In this document: in pieces, positions 23,508 to 36,900 of the stretch
Layout: the number at the start of each line of letters is the position of its first letter
How positions within the stretch are numbered: position 1 is the stretch's first letter
NCBI GenBank assembly: GCA_002245135.1
Contig: NGBS01000872.1
Location: 496,001-545,741 of the forward strand
Source of the DNA: Proteromonas lacertae
Lineage: Eukaryota
Length of the DNA stretch: 49,741 nucleotides
Direction: 5' to 3'
The notes under the pieces: model-generated
Told to the model about the DNA's origin: nothing
The model's database searches: none
Seen by the model: the letters and a program-made list of their open reading frames with translations, nothing else
Translations under genes and position numbers: made by a program

Positions 23508-25496
23508 ATGAGTGGTATACTATTATATTATTATTCCTCGTATTAGATGTTGAAGAGGGTGAGATATGTGAAACAAAATCTCAAAAACGTCAACATGATG
23601 AAGCAGATACAGATAATAATAGCAAATTCATAAAAGTAGTTTCTCGTATTCCAGTTGTGAATATAGATACATCGTATTATATATATATATTAATCCAATA
23701 GAAACGGATTTAATCCACCTTCTCAAGATAATCAAACAAATAAAGCCTCAAATGATGAAGATCTATCCCCAATAAGAGATGATGACGAATGGGGGAAAAT
23801 AACTTCAGATTGGACATCAAAAAAAGATGTTGAGAAAGAAAATAGTTCATCTAATAAATCGGCTAATGATTGGGGTAATAATAGCAATACTACTCAGTCT
23901 AATAACAGTTGGGGATCTACTACAAATACAACCGGATATAACGATAGTTGGGGTAGTAATAAGAAATCAGAAAGTGATAAATGGAAAACAACATCAAAAG
24001 ATAGTAATACTAGTGCTTCAACTACTTCAAATAGTTGGGGAAGTGATAATAATAATAGTAAATCAAATGATGATTCATGGGGTAGTTGGGGAGGAGGAAA
24101 TAATAGAAGTAAAAATACAAATACTTATAATAATAATTCATGGGGTGGAAGAAGAGGAAGAGGAGGAAGAAATAATTATAATAATGCTAGTTGGACAAGC
24201 AACAGTAATGATAATAATGGAAGTAATAGTACTTGGACAACCATTACTAGTAGTGATAATATAAATAATAATAATGGAAGTGGAAGTGGTACTAGTTGGA
24301 GAGATGGTAATAGTAGTTGGGGTAGTAGTGGAAATACTAATAATCGATTTGCTAGTAATAGAGAATGTTATATTTGTCATCAAGAAGGTCATTTATCAAG
24401 AGATTGTCCAAATAGAGGGATTAATAATACAATGAGAGGTGGAAGAGGCGGTTATAGAGGAAGGGGTGGTTTTAGAAGTGGAAGAGGTGGTGGATCTAAT
24501 AATAATAATAATAATAATAATAATATAAACAGTGGTAATGTATGGGGAAATGACAATAATAATAATAATAATGGATATAGTAATGATAGAGATAATAGAA
24601 ATAATGAATGTTATAAATGTCATAAACATGGTCATTTACCTCAAGATTGTCCTAATAAAAATGAATCAAATGATAATAAATGGGATAAAAGTAATGCATG
24701 GAGTGATGTAAGAATATCCAATACTTCATTATCTAATAATAATAATAGTTATTTATCACCTACATCATTATCATCACCTCCACCTGCTCCGCCTCCTGTT
24801 GAAATTAAGCCAAAAGGACCACCAAAAATGACTAAAGATCCATGGCAAATTAATTATGGAGTTCCACCTCCACCACCTCCAGAACCGGTAGAAGAAGATC
24901 CTTATGGTGGATTTACATTCTTCTGTAGAAAAACAGAGGATGAAGATGAAGATGATGTATTTAACAAAACTACAATTCCTATTATTGAAGATGAAAAAAG
25001 ATTTGAGGAAGAAAGGAAAAAATATTGGAATACACCAATCGTTAATGATCCTGATAACTTTAGATTATTACCTATTAAGAAAACACAATCTACACTACCA
25101 ACACATCCTTTCTGGCATGGTAAAATATCAAAGAATAAACAGTATTTATGTGATGTTTCAAGCTATTCTTTAGTCATAAAAATAGATACTTTACTATTAA
25201 ACTTTCCATCTTCGTTAGATTTTAGTTTGAAAGTAGCGAATACCGATATTCATATTGATTGGGCTAAACCTTATACTACATTTTATTTGAAATATGCAGT
25301 TGGTCCAAAAAAAGCATTTGATAATGTATTAGCTGAAATGAGAGAAAAGAAGATTTCATTTGTTTCTACATGTAATATTAATAATAAAGATGTAAGAATA
25401 TTTATATTTTCTCCTGAAGCTGGATCTACAATGTTGAGATTGCATCATAATATGGATAAAGATACAGTTGTTGGGTATTTAAGATATAGAAGTTGA
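23508..25496 (+). CDS. WG-repeat / RGG / two CCHC zinc-knuckle protein with C-terminal SPOC-like domain
   Basis: Two mini-introns, then an open frame from 23702 to 25496. Contains CYICHQEGHLSRDC, CYKCHKHGHLPQDC, ten WG dipeptides and FWHGKISKN (SPOC-like start). Confidence 0.8.
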
Positions 25497-25589
25497 ATTT
25501 AATGACTTTTTTTATAATTTTAAATATATTATAATCATTTATTTAATTTCAAAACAACATTTTACATTTCAATATTAATGGAATTTATC

Positions 25590-26441
25590 TTAATTATATT
25601 TTTTCACAGCTTCTCTTAAAATGGATATAGTTTCTTTACAATCCTTTGATTTAAATACAGAACTACCAGCAACAATACAGTTAGCACCTGCCTGTGCAGC
25701 AGCATCGACTGTATCTGGAGCTAAACCACCATCTACTTCAATATTTAACTTTGGATATTTCTCTCTAAGTATTTTTACTTTTGGCATCATATCAGCCATG
25801 AAGCTTTGACCTCCAAATCCTGGTTCTACTGTCATTACTAAAATCATATCAACTTTATCACAATATGGAAATACTGTATCTACTGCAGTGCCTGGTTTGA
25901 CAGCAATTCCTACCTTCATTCCTTTAGCTTTGATATGATCAATAAGAGAGTTTACATCCTCTATTAATAACAAAAAAGAAAAAAATACTTGCTGCTTCAA
26001 TATGAAAGCAATATTGACTTGCACCAGCACTTGCAAAATCATCAACCCATTTCTCTGGTTCTGATACCATCAAATGACAATCCATAAATGCACTTTATAG
26101 AAAAATTAAAATAAATAACTATACTCAGTATGTTTTCTTAAACAATTTACAATTGGAGCACCTAATGTAATGTTTGGAACAAAATGTCTAATCATAATTA
26201 CTAATAATAAGACAAATACCCATCCTAATCAATATAGAATAAAATCAATACCATAACATCCATATGAAGCCAATCAGCTCCATCTTATAATCATTAAGAA
26301 TACAAAATAATAATATAAAAATGAAAAGATATGTCAATCATTCTTTTTGCTTCTGCTTGAAGGTTTGCGAAGTCGCAACTGAGCATACTTGGTGCAATAA
26401 ATCTAAATAAATCATCATACATGCGGAATATACGGTTTCAT
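25590..26441 (-). CDS. RPE: Ribulose-phosphate 3-epimerase
   Basis: [34 protein letters not shown] and VAGS motifs. Confidence 0.96.
26220..26224 (-). other. 5-nt micro-exon GATGG in RPE
   Basis: Flanked by ...GATTAG and GTATTT..., and needed to encode DG of DVMDGHF. Confidence 0.85.
26285..26332 (-). other. U12-type intron, non-canonical AT-AA (48 nt) in RPE
   Basis: ATATCTTTT...TTCTTAAT GATTATAA. Splicing gives RMID|DGADWLH, while retention contains TAA. Confidence 0.75.
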
Positions 26442-26501
26442 GTGATTTTTGATAATTCCAAAAATATATTCGTTTCTTTTTTGTTTTTTAAAAAACGCTT
26501 A

Positions 26502-28256
26502 ATGTATTCTGGAAGGTATAAATCACGTTGGTATTATTAAAATATAGTCGACCTCCAACTAATCCTGGATATGCATCAAATCCAGGAAGTGTCCCTCAAA
26601 GTGCTCATTCTATGAGATCTAACATTCCTGGAACTCCACAAACACCACTTATCCCTAATGAACCACCACAACCAATAGTTATTGGTGATACTTTGGAATT
26701 AGAACATGTTATTGGCTATACAGGTCATTATCCTCATACATTACTCTATCATCCAACAATTCCGAATAATATTGTTTATAGGTATAGAAAGCAGTAATAT
26801 TTTATTTTCAAAATAGTCTTGGTTCTTTAGTTGTTGTTCAAAATACTCAAGATAAGCATAAACAATCATTTTTTAGAGGCCATGAAGAAGAAGTTACAGC
26901 TATTGATATTTCACCAAGAGGAGACCTTATTGCTTCTGGTCAATTAGCTACAACCTCACGTCGTGGTTTTGATGCTGCAGTAATAGTATGGAGTATTAAA
27001 ACAAGCAGTCCAATTTTCGTATTTGATGGACTTAAAGATATAGTGACACATGTCTCATTTTCACCAGATGGAGCTTTCTTAAGTGCAACAGGTAGTCCAA
27101 ATCAAATGATTATATGGGATTTAAGAGTATAAAAATAATTTATTTTTAATAATGACATAGACTGGTGAAGTAATTGCTAATACTCGTTCAACATCTCCCT
27201 ACAGTTGCATGTTATGGGGTCCAATGGATAACAGTGAAAGACATCCTAAATACCTATTAATACTATGTTCAGATGTTAATGTCTATTACAATTATATGGT
27301 ATATGATATTAGGAATAATACTTATGCATTAACAACTGAGAAATGTCAATTACCCAATGTTGGTTTAGTACGATGTTATACGTGTGGAGTTATCTCACCT
27401 GATGGACAATATGTTATATTAGGAACAAACTCTGGTGAGTTCTGCGTTTATAGTATTGTTACTAAAATATTCCGTATATCTATCCCTGTAAGTCATAATG
27501 GTATTATTTCAATCTGTAGAGCGGGAGATATGTTATATTTAGGAAGTGGTGATGGTATTGTTAAGAGATTCACTGGTACTGATCAGACATGGTATAATGC
27601 AGGACAAGTACAATTAAAAGGTGAAATTATGTCTATATCATTACATCCTGAATCTACTGATTTAGTTGTTGGTACAAACGTTGGTATTATTTATCATATG
27701 AATCCTAATGATTTATCAGTATCTGTATTAGCCGAGAGTCATATTAGAGCTGTTACTGCTGTTGATTTTGGTATGAAAAGTGATGTATTTGCAACTGGAT
27801 CGTTAGATGGAAGTGTAAGAGTCTGGGATTTAGTTGAATATCATGATGTAGTGAATATACAGCAAGCATGTGAATGTTTATGTTTATCCTATACAAAGAG
27901 TGATTTGTTATGTAGTGGATGGAAAGATCAGTTTATTAGAGTGCATAGTGCAAGAGATGGCAGAATATTATTCAATATTCCTAATGCACATAGATCACCA
28001 ATTATTACAATAGCTGCTAATGAAAAGTATTTGTTATTATTATTTATATTTATGTAAATAGTATGATTGTAACAGGATCTCAAATGAATGGTAATATTCG
28101 TGTATGGAGTACTAATGGTAATCAAAAGATGATAACTGAATTTATAGAACCACAAAAGGGAGTTAGTGCAGTTCAAATTGATGTAGATGATGATCAATTA
28201 GTTCATATCACTACATTTGATAAATTAATATTGACATTTGATTTAATACAAGTATA

Positions 28257-28288
<32 letters not shown>

Positions 28289-28676
28289 GAATAAAAGAAC
28301 TGTAAGACATATTGTTACTACTAATCCAGGTATAGCATTAGCTCAATCAAGAGTAGGAGAAAAAGAATTAATTGTAGGATGTAGTGATGGAAATATATTT
28401 TATTTTGATAGAGATTATAATGATCCAGTTTTAGCATTTGCTGATCAAAATAGAGCATGTATTAATTGTATTTCTGTGTCTCATAATGGACAATTTGTTG
28501 TAATGGCTTGTTCTGATGAAACAATAAAACTGTATTCTTTACAAGGAAAAATATTGGCAATTGGGCATCTTCACACTCAAGGAGTTACTTCAGTGAAATG
28601 GAGTCCTGATGATAAACAAATAATTGCAACAAGTAATGACTGCGGTATATCTATTTGGAATTTTTATGGAATTTAA
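26502..28676 (+). CDS. CFAP52/WDR16-like WD40 protein
   Basis: LELEHVIGYTGH..., IASGQ and the terminal VKWSPDDKQII...IWNF match the CFAP52 family pattern. Orthology is not established. Confidence 0.75.
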
Positions 28677-28804
28677 AAGTTCATTAAAATTACTAATCAT
28701 TTTATTTCTATTTTTTTATGTTGTTCATTGCAATAATTAATACCCTCTAAAAAAAACACACATATTCTTAAGACAAAAATCAGTCATTGAGAGAATTTTA
28801 TGTC

Positions 28805-31577
28805 TTAATTATTTTTTCTTTTCTTGTTTGGAGAAAGATTATTCTCTTCTATCACGATGCACGTCTGTAACTCTCTTTTTTGAGATTTTATATCCAAATT
28901 CTGATCTTTTGAAACAATTACATTACATTTCTCAACACTATTGTCATTTGACAATATATTTGTGTTTTCTTTCTCATTTTGCTCGATTTCCATTGTTTCT
29001 TTGTCTGCTGTTGTGTTTTCAGAATTATTCATATCACTTGCAGCATTTAAAATATGAGTGATAAAATCTTCTTCTTTCTCTTTTCCTTTTACACTTTTTA
29101 CTCCTCCTCCTTCTTCACTTTCATAATTATTTGATTGGTTTGTGAGTATGGACGTGGATTCTTCTTCTTCAGTTTCTATATCCTCTTTATCTTTTACTAC
29201 ATTATTTATCTCTTTATCTTCTTTTTCTAAGATTGATGAAGTTGAAATATATGGTTTAGTAATATTATTACCTTTGCCTCTACTTCTACTCCTACTTCTT
29301 GTTGTCATACCAACATAATTCTTTTCTCTATTATCATTATTCTTTCCTTTGTTATTTATATAATTATTAGTTGCTTCATTAGCCAAAGTCAAAATATCAT
29401 CTTCAATATAATCTGGATCAATAATATTATTATCAACTGATTTTCTTCTTCTATTATTAAAGCCATTAACAACATTATGTATATTAGTAGTAGTAGTTGT
29501 TGTCGTGTAATTTACAGAAGATGATCCATCTTCATTAGGTGTTGGTATTGTTGTTGTTGCTTTTGTAATTATTAATGGTGGTTTTTGTAAATTATCATCT
29601 GATTCATTGTCATCTTTAGTTCTAGAAGAATCAGCTAAATTCTGAAGTGTTTCTATTGCTATTTCTTGATCATTCTGTTCCTGTACTTCTCTACGATATC
29701 TTTCTTTATCAGCTTCAGCAGCACGATTGTACTTCTCTTTATCTTTATCAGATAAATTTCTCCATTTTTCACCAATAATACAACCAATTTCAGAGAATGC
29801 TAATTTTGGAAATTTCTTCTGTAATATTTTCCTTTGTTCAGTAGCGAAGAATACATAATTAGTCTTAAATCTTTTTGGATCAAATGGGCCTTTTCTCCTT
29901 CTAGCTACATGTTTTGTTACAATTTTCATTTCATTCTTTTCATTACCAATTGCTTCTTCAAATCCTTTGGGTGGTTTTATTCTTGCAACATCTTCAATTC
30001 CTTTTTCATGTAATTCTTTAAAATATCTAATTTTATCCTCATATGATTTACGTTCATATTCCATTTTTTCTTCTCTACTTATCTTCTGCCACATCTCACC
30101 TAATTTCCTATTAATATCATTATTCTTCATTGATTTATTATCTTCTAATTCTGACACTATTTTTGATCTGTTATCTCTTGCAAAGATGTTATATGCTGTT
30201 AAATAACCTTTTGTCTTTTCAGTACGATGTTGATAAGGTTTTCTTTTCTATTTATATTAGATATATTTAGTATAAATAAAATATAAAATACTCTTGGTGG
30301 TTTTGCTATTTTTGCATCAGAAATATATATCTGTTTCAACCTAATTTGCTCTTCTAATGGTCCAGCAGCACCTCCTAATATCTATTCAAAATAAAATAAT
30401 AAGTATCATATATATACAGAAAAGTCCAAATTGTTAAATCCTTTTGGATTCAATGAAACAGGTCTTTCACTGAAACACTTCAATTCCATATTAAATTCTC
30501 TATGAATGGTAGTCCAATAAAAATATGAAGTATTCTCGTCGATATAACTCTCATAATGATCAATTAAACCCAAATTATTAATTATTACATAAGAATGAGA
30601 AGTTCCATATAGTTCATTATCTATTTTTAATAGATTGACAAATGGTTGTTCTATTCTTTTAATTATATCTACTTTTTGAGTTAAATTCTCTATTGGTGGA
30701 TTCATATCTCCATTGATTGTCTTTCTGGCTACTGCTGTTGTTGCTTCAGGGATTTTCTCTTTTGCTACATCTTTAGTAGTATCTTCATCTTTCTTATTGA
30801 TTGTTGGTATTAATGGCACTTGTTGTTGCTGTTCTACTTCTCCTTCCTTTCTTTCTTCATTTGTAACTGTTGTTATTGTTGATGATGATGATAATGATGA
30901 TGAAAATGAGGATTGTTGTTGAATAAGTTCATTTTTCCATAGTATATTTATTAATGTAGATGCTAATTGTGATCTATCTTTGAATGTTGACTCTGATTGT
31001 AAATATTGAACTATCCATGGATGTATATATGTTTTAATAAACTTAGTTTTTGCTGGACAAGAAGTGAATGAATAAAATCCTGGTGTTAGTAAGAGAATTG
31101 AAGCAGTTCCATCAAGTTTCAATTGAAAAAGATGGACCTCTTGACCATCTGATACTACTAACTGGAAAGATCCATAATCACTCACCTTTATTGATGTTAA
31201 ACCTATATATTTGCATAATTAAGTGAATTATACTTTTAACAAAGTCACTCGAACTCATTTTACCTCTTATAAAAGATGTTAATAAGCTCTTTTTAGAATA
31301 AGGTTGAGAATGTTCTGATCCTGGAATTTCCTCATAATTATTAATTGACATAATAAAACGGCCATCTGGTCCAACAGCAACAGAACTGTCTTGAATATCA
31401 TCCTCATTACAAAGAATTTTCTAGATTATATAGCTTGTTACATTATACTGTCTGGAATGGAGGAACTTGGTATAATCTAGTAAAGTTACGTGGATATTTT
31501 ATGTAGCTTTCTGAGTTATGAGCTAATATAAGTCTATCTTTGGGAGTTTTCTGAAAATACAGAAGAGCTAAACTCAT
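28805..31577 (-). CDS. Protein with two HMG boxes (start approximate)
   Basis: LTAYNIF...LGEMWQKIS and DPKRFKTNYVFF...GEKWRNLS. Upstream exons are joined by mini-introns. Confidence 0.7.
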
Positions 31578-31786
31578 TTCAATGTACAGATAAGTTGTAG
31601 CTTTGAACTATTTACCAATAATTTATTGATGGTCGACTATTAAACTGTCAGATCTATGAAGCTAAATAAATGCTTTATCATACCAAAAAAGTGAATTACA
31701 AAACCTTCGTCCTTAAATACTTAGAAATAATGGGTATGAAAAATGTTTTGGATGACCATTTCTTCTTTTTTTTATTTTCTTTTGTG

Positions 31787-32273
31787 ATGAGTTTAGAAGA
31801 CTTCAAAGTACATATTTATCGTAATTTCTAGTATTACAAAGTTGAAATCAACCCCAAACTATCATCTATTCCTTATATCCCCATGACAAAAAGTGAACCA
31901 AAACGAATTACTGAAGATGTATTACTTCAGTTACTTAAAGTATATATAAAAATGTAACTCTATTCTAGATGAAAGATGAAACAGTGAATTACATGAACAG
32001 AAACCACTTAATTATGAGATATATATATAGAAGGTTTTTATTAATAATTTCATTTCAACTAGCCTTGAACATACTAATTTAAAATATATAAATGTTATAT
32101 ATCCTGCTTATAAAAAACAGTCATTAATACAAAAATTTATCAATTGCTTGAAATGTATATACTACGGCAAACCTTCATATGTTATGTGTGGATATTGTGC
32201 ATTCCAAAATAACACAAATTACGAATTCTGTTGCAAATGCGGTGCAAGAATTCAGAATCTCTCTCACCATTAA
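31787..32273 (+). CDS. Small protein with C-terminal zinc ribbon (tandem paralog 1)
   Basis: INPKL..IPYIP...EPKRI and C-terminal CGYC-x10-CCKC. Missed by the ORF track because of introns. Confidence 0.55.
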
Positions 32274-32427
32274 TACTTTTTAAAATATTTGATTTTTGCA
32301 TATTTTTGTTATTTAATTCTATGTAAAAACTTCAAAAAACAAAATTGCAAATCAGAATCAAACTTTATAAAACATTTTTTGGAAAGAAGTTTTGGTACAC
32401 CCACTTTTTTATTTTTTAATTCTATTT

Positions 32428-33082
32428 ATGACAGCAGCTATTTTTCAAGTATTTTACCTTTTATTTTTATTTATTTAGGGATGTACTATCTCTTTAAACC
32501 CTAAATTAGAACGACAATTCACAATGCCTTACATTCCTATTGAGCCTGAGAGAATTAGCCCTGATGTACAGACTGATTTACTTCTCGTATATAATTTAAT
32601 ATATAACAAAATAGATTCAACAAAAAACTCAACAAATATCAGATAGAAACGATGGACAGATGATGGAGATTTATAAAATTTTGTGTATTGACTCTAATAA
32701 ATCTAGAAAAGTACCTATTCCACCACCAAAACCACATTATCCTCCACAACAACAACAACAACAAAATATAAGACAAACTCAAGGTTATTACTATCCACCT
32801 CCTCCACCTAATGCTTCAAAACCAGAACCTAAATCATCACAAGTTCCTTCTCGTTCTTCTGTTCAACCAAAACAATTAATAACTGGAATTATTTCTAGTG
32901 CATACAATTTTGGAAGAGGCATTGTTGATGGTGCAATTCATGGATCATCAAATACAAATCCACGTCAACAACAACAACAACAACAAATACCTCCACAAGC
33001 ACAACATAAATATTGTTCTAAATGTAAAACTCCAAACCCAAATACAGCAACAATGTGTTGTTACTGTGGGAGAAGAATATAA
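32428..33082 (+). CDS. Pro/Gln-rich protein with C-terminal zinc ribbon (tandem paralog 2)
   Basis: LNPKL....MPYIPIEPERI and C-terminal CSKC-x10-CCYC, with similar intron positions to paralog 1. Confidence 0.65.
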
Positions 33083-33142
33083 GTTTATTCTTTTCAAATA
33101 AAAAAAATAATACATTTTAATATAATATTTTGTTATTTCTAT

Positions 33143-33851
33143 TTAATGTCTTTTTGATTTCTTTCTACTATTTGATCTAGAACGAGAACGAGAACGAGAC
33201 GGAGATGAAGAATAGGAAGAAGAATAAGAAGATGAATAAGATGTAGAAACAGATCTGGATCTTCTTCTCTTTCTTCTATCATCTCTTCTCCTGGGACTAG
33301 AACTATGATGACGAGATCCTCTCTCTTTTAAATACTCTTCTCTAGTCTTTCTTTTATTCTTTGCTATTTCTACACCTATTTGTCTATCCTTTATGTAGAT
33401 TCCGTTTAATTCTTTCATTGCAATTTGAACATCTTCCTTGTCTACGAATTCTACAAACCCAAAACCACGAGATTTTCTATTCGCAATAAATAAACTGATT
33501 AATTATAATACTTAGTTTTGTAATCTCTTGGTATATACGCATCTTTTACTGGACCATATTTTGAACATAAATCCTTCAATCCATCTTTTCTAAGAGATTA
33601 TTATCATATAAATACGTATATTGATAAGGAAGACTTTTAATAATTATAGTACATGAATCATCATTAGTTCTATTCCAAATATAAACTATTAAACATAATT
33701 AATACTCAATTTTTGGAGGACTAGGTGATTTTGAACTAGGTGTATCATTTTTGTGATTTTTTTGACTTGGACTTTTACTTCTGGATCTACTTCTACTTGA
33801 ACTTCTACTTTTTGCTTTTTCTTTTTCAGATGATGATATTTTCTCACTCAT
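33143..33851 (-). CDS. SR-family splicing factor (RS-RRM-RS)
   Basis: YIPRDY..SRGFGFVEF RRM with RS tracts on both sides. Confidence 0.85.
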
Positions 33852-33946
33852 TTTAATTTGTTTTGAAAAAGTATTCGTTTTATTTACATATTACATGTCA
33901 TAGTAAGTTATATTTTTTTTTTTGAAACTGCTCAATTAATAAAGCA

Positions 33947-36900
33947 ATGAACGACGCTTCAGACACTGATACAGATGAAGAAGACTTAGTATATTTCATT
34001 TGAAATATTTTTATTAGAATGCAATCATTGATAGAGATTTAATGGCTATGAGCGATTCAGATAGTGATGCTGATAATAATATTAAAGAAAATGAGATAAA
34101 TAAACAGGATTATCAGGAAGAAAGCGTTTATGATTTAGAATCTTTTAAACAGCTTCTTAGTCATCATAAAATGACAATTCAAAATATGGAATCAATTCGT
34201 CAATCTATGGATGAAACAATAAAATCTCTGACAATAGATCCATCATATTTAAGTCAATCAAGACCACCTACATCATCTCCCTTAGTTTCAGATCAGTCTT
34301 CTATTCCAAATCCTTCTCCATTAATCCACGAATCTAAAAGTGAATCTAAATATGATAATGAAACAAAAGAGAATTTGTCAATCAAAACAAATGAAATAAC
34401 TATGAATAATAACAATGATTTAGTAATTAGTTTACCTTCACCTAAATATTCACCTTCAATATCGAATAGTAATAATGATAATAGAGATATACAATCAACA
34501 GTAAACACAAATGCAACAAAATTACCATTAAATATCTCTCCAATTGGAACTCCATTAATTCAATCATTATCCACATCACCTATCGATTTATCTAAAATAC
34601 CACCAGAAATAAAAGAGAGTGAAGTTAATGAAAATGATATGAAAGTTAATGAAAAATATGAAAAATTAATAAAAGAAGAAAATAAAAAATATGATGAAGT
34701 GTCAAAAGAACAAGAAAATATTAGATTAATGATGATTGAAGATAGAATGTCTTCTATGTTAAATATGGCACGAATGCAAGAAGAATTAGAATTAGAATTT
34801 CAAAAACAAAAAGAAGGAACAAAAAAAGTGAAAAAGAATGATGAAGATTTGAAGATAAAACTAGAAAAAAGACAAGAGAAAGTGAATGAAAGGATGAAAT
34901 TGGAGAATAAAAATGCAATTATAATTCAAGTATAATAATATTTATATATTAATAATTATTATATAGAAATATGCAAGGAGATTTTTAGCCAATTTATTAA
35001 AAAAGAAACTAAAAGTGAAGAGAATAAATAATATGGCAACTAAAATAGAAAGTTGGTTTAGAGGAAGAAAAGTACATAAGAAATATATAGTAATGAGAGA
35101 TAAATACAGAGCAAAGAAAGCAGAAGATAAAAAGAGGAAAGAATTAGAAAAGAAAAAATGTTGGAAGAAGAAGAAAAGAAAAGGAAAATGGAAGAAGATA
35201 GAAAAGTATAAGAATAATTATTATTATAAAAATAGAAATTAATAATGCAGAGAAGAAAATTAACGAATATTCAATTTCAACAACATGCACAAAAGAATCT
35301 TTTATCAACAACAGTTCAACCAAGTGTTGTTCCTTCAATAAAGACAAATATAGAAGAGAATGAAGAAGAGAAAGATAATAAACCAACATTGTTAATACCA
35401 AAATCTCCAATTCATATTGAAAAGAAAGAAGAAAAGAAGAATATTGAAAATGAAGAAGATGATAATGATATTAGTGTTACAACAACAATAGTGGAAACAA
35501 CTCAAGTAATAAAATTATCACCAATAAAGATGGAGGAGATTAAAGAAGATATAAAGAAAGAAGAAGAGAATGAAATTGATAGTGATTTTGAAGAAATTAA
35601 TAGTGATGAAGAAATTGATTATTTTCCAAAGACTGCATTTAAATTACAAAGGACTGAATTTAATTATGAGAAAGAATTGGAGATAGTTAATGAAGAATTA
35701 AAATCAATTCATAAGGATATGAAATATGATGATGATGTAGTTGTTAAAGTGATTAAAGATATAGAAAATGAGAAAAGTACAAAGGAAAAAAGAATGAAAG
35801 AATATAAGGAAAATCTGATAAAAGAAAAGAGTAAAAGAAATAATGAAATAAAATACCAAATCCAGAGAATTTTGTTGGTTATTATCAAATGAATATAAAC
35901 AAATATAAAAAGTGGTTAGAAATTGACTCAAAAATTAACACAAAAGAACCACCAATATCATCACAAATAGAAGAAGATCAAAAGAAAAATACAGAAAAAA
36001 AGATAGGAAAAAATAAGAATAATAATGATGATGATCCAAATGGAATAATACTAGACACAATAGATGAGAATTTATATAGAATAAAATTAACTACTGAGAA
36101 TATCAAAAAGTATAAATAATGTATTTATATATTTATTTAGATTTGTAATATTGAGCATTGTGTAGAATTAAGATCATTAATATTAAATAACAATGAAATC
36201 AAAGAAATAATAAACCTAAATTACCATCCATATCTTGAAGAATTAGAATTAAATGATAATGGAATTGCATCGCTTAAAGGAATAGAATATTGTTCAAATT
36301 TGTTATATCTTTCATTAAATATTAATAAAATATCATCGTTAAATGGAATAGAAAACTGTAAGAATTTGAAAACTTTATCTGTAAATAATAACAAAGTGTT
36401 AAATGATATATCAAAAGTGGTGAATTGTCATAATTTAACATATCTTTCATTGTATATATATATAATCATTTATGTTTACATTTTATAGGTCACAAAACAA
36501 TATATCATCTATTCCAGAAGATTTTTTCCAAAATTTGCCTTTACTAAACACACTTGATTTATCCAATAACAAAATTAAAGAGATCAAAGGAATTGAGAAT
36601 TGTAGATATCTTTATGTATGAATTATGTATGTTTATTATTAATTAGTCACTTATTCTTTCTAACAACAGATTTAATAAGTTTCCAAGTAATATAATATCA
36701 ACAGTTCTGCATGATATTTGGTTGAATCAAAACCAATTACAAGAATTAATAATCCCTGAAAATTGTTATTTACCTTCATTACAGATACTAAAAGTAGGAG
36801 ATAATCAAATTCAAAAAGTAAATGGTTTAGAGAATAGTCCAAATATTACTTCCTTTGATGTTTCATTTAACGAAGTATTAATATATATTTGTATACTTAT

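Noticed and set aside
35146..35160. Frameshift in the LRRIQ1-like gene suggesting programmed frameshifting or a pseudogene
   Set aside because: A single missing A in an A-run restores the frame, which is typical of a long-read homopolymer error.
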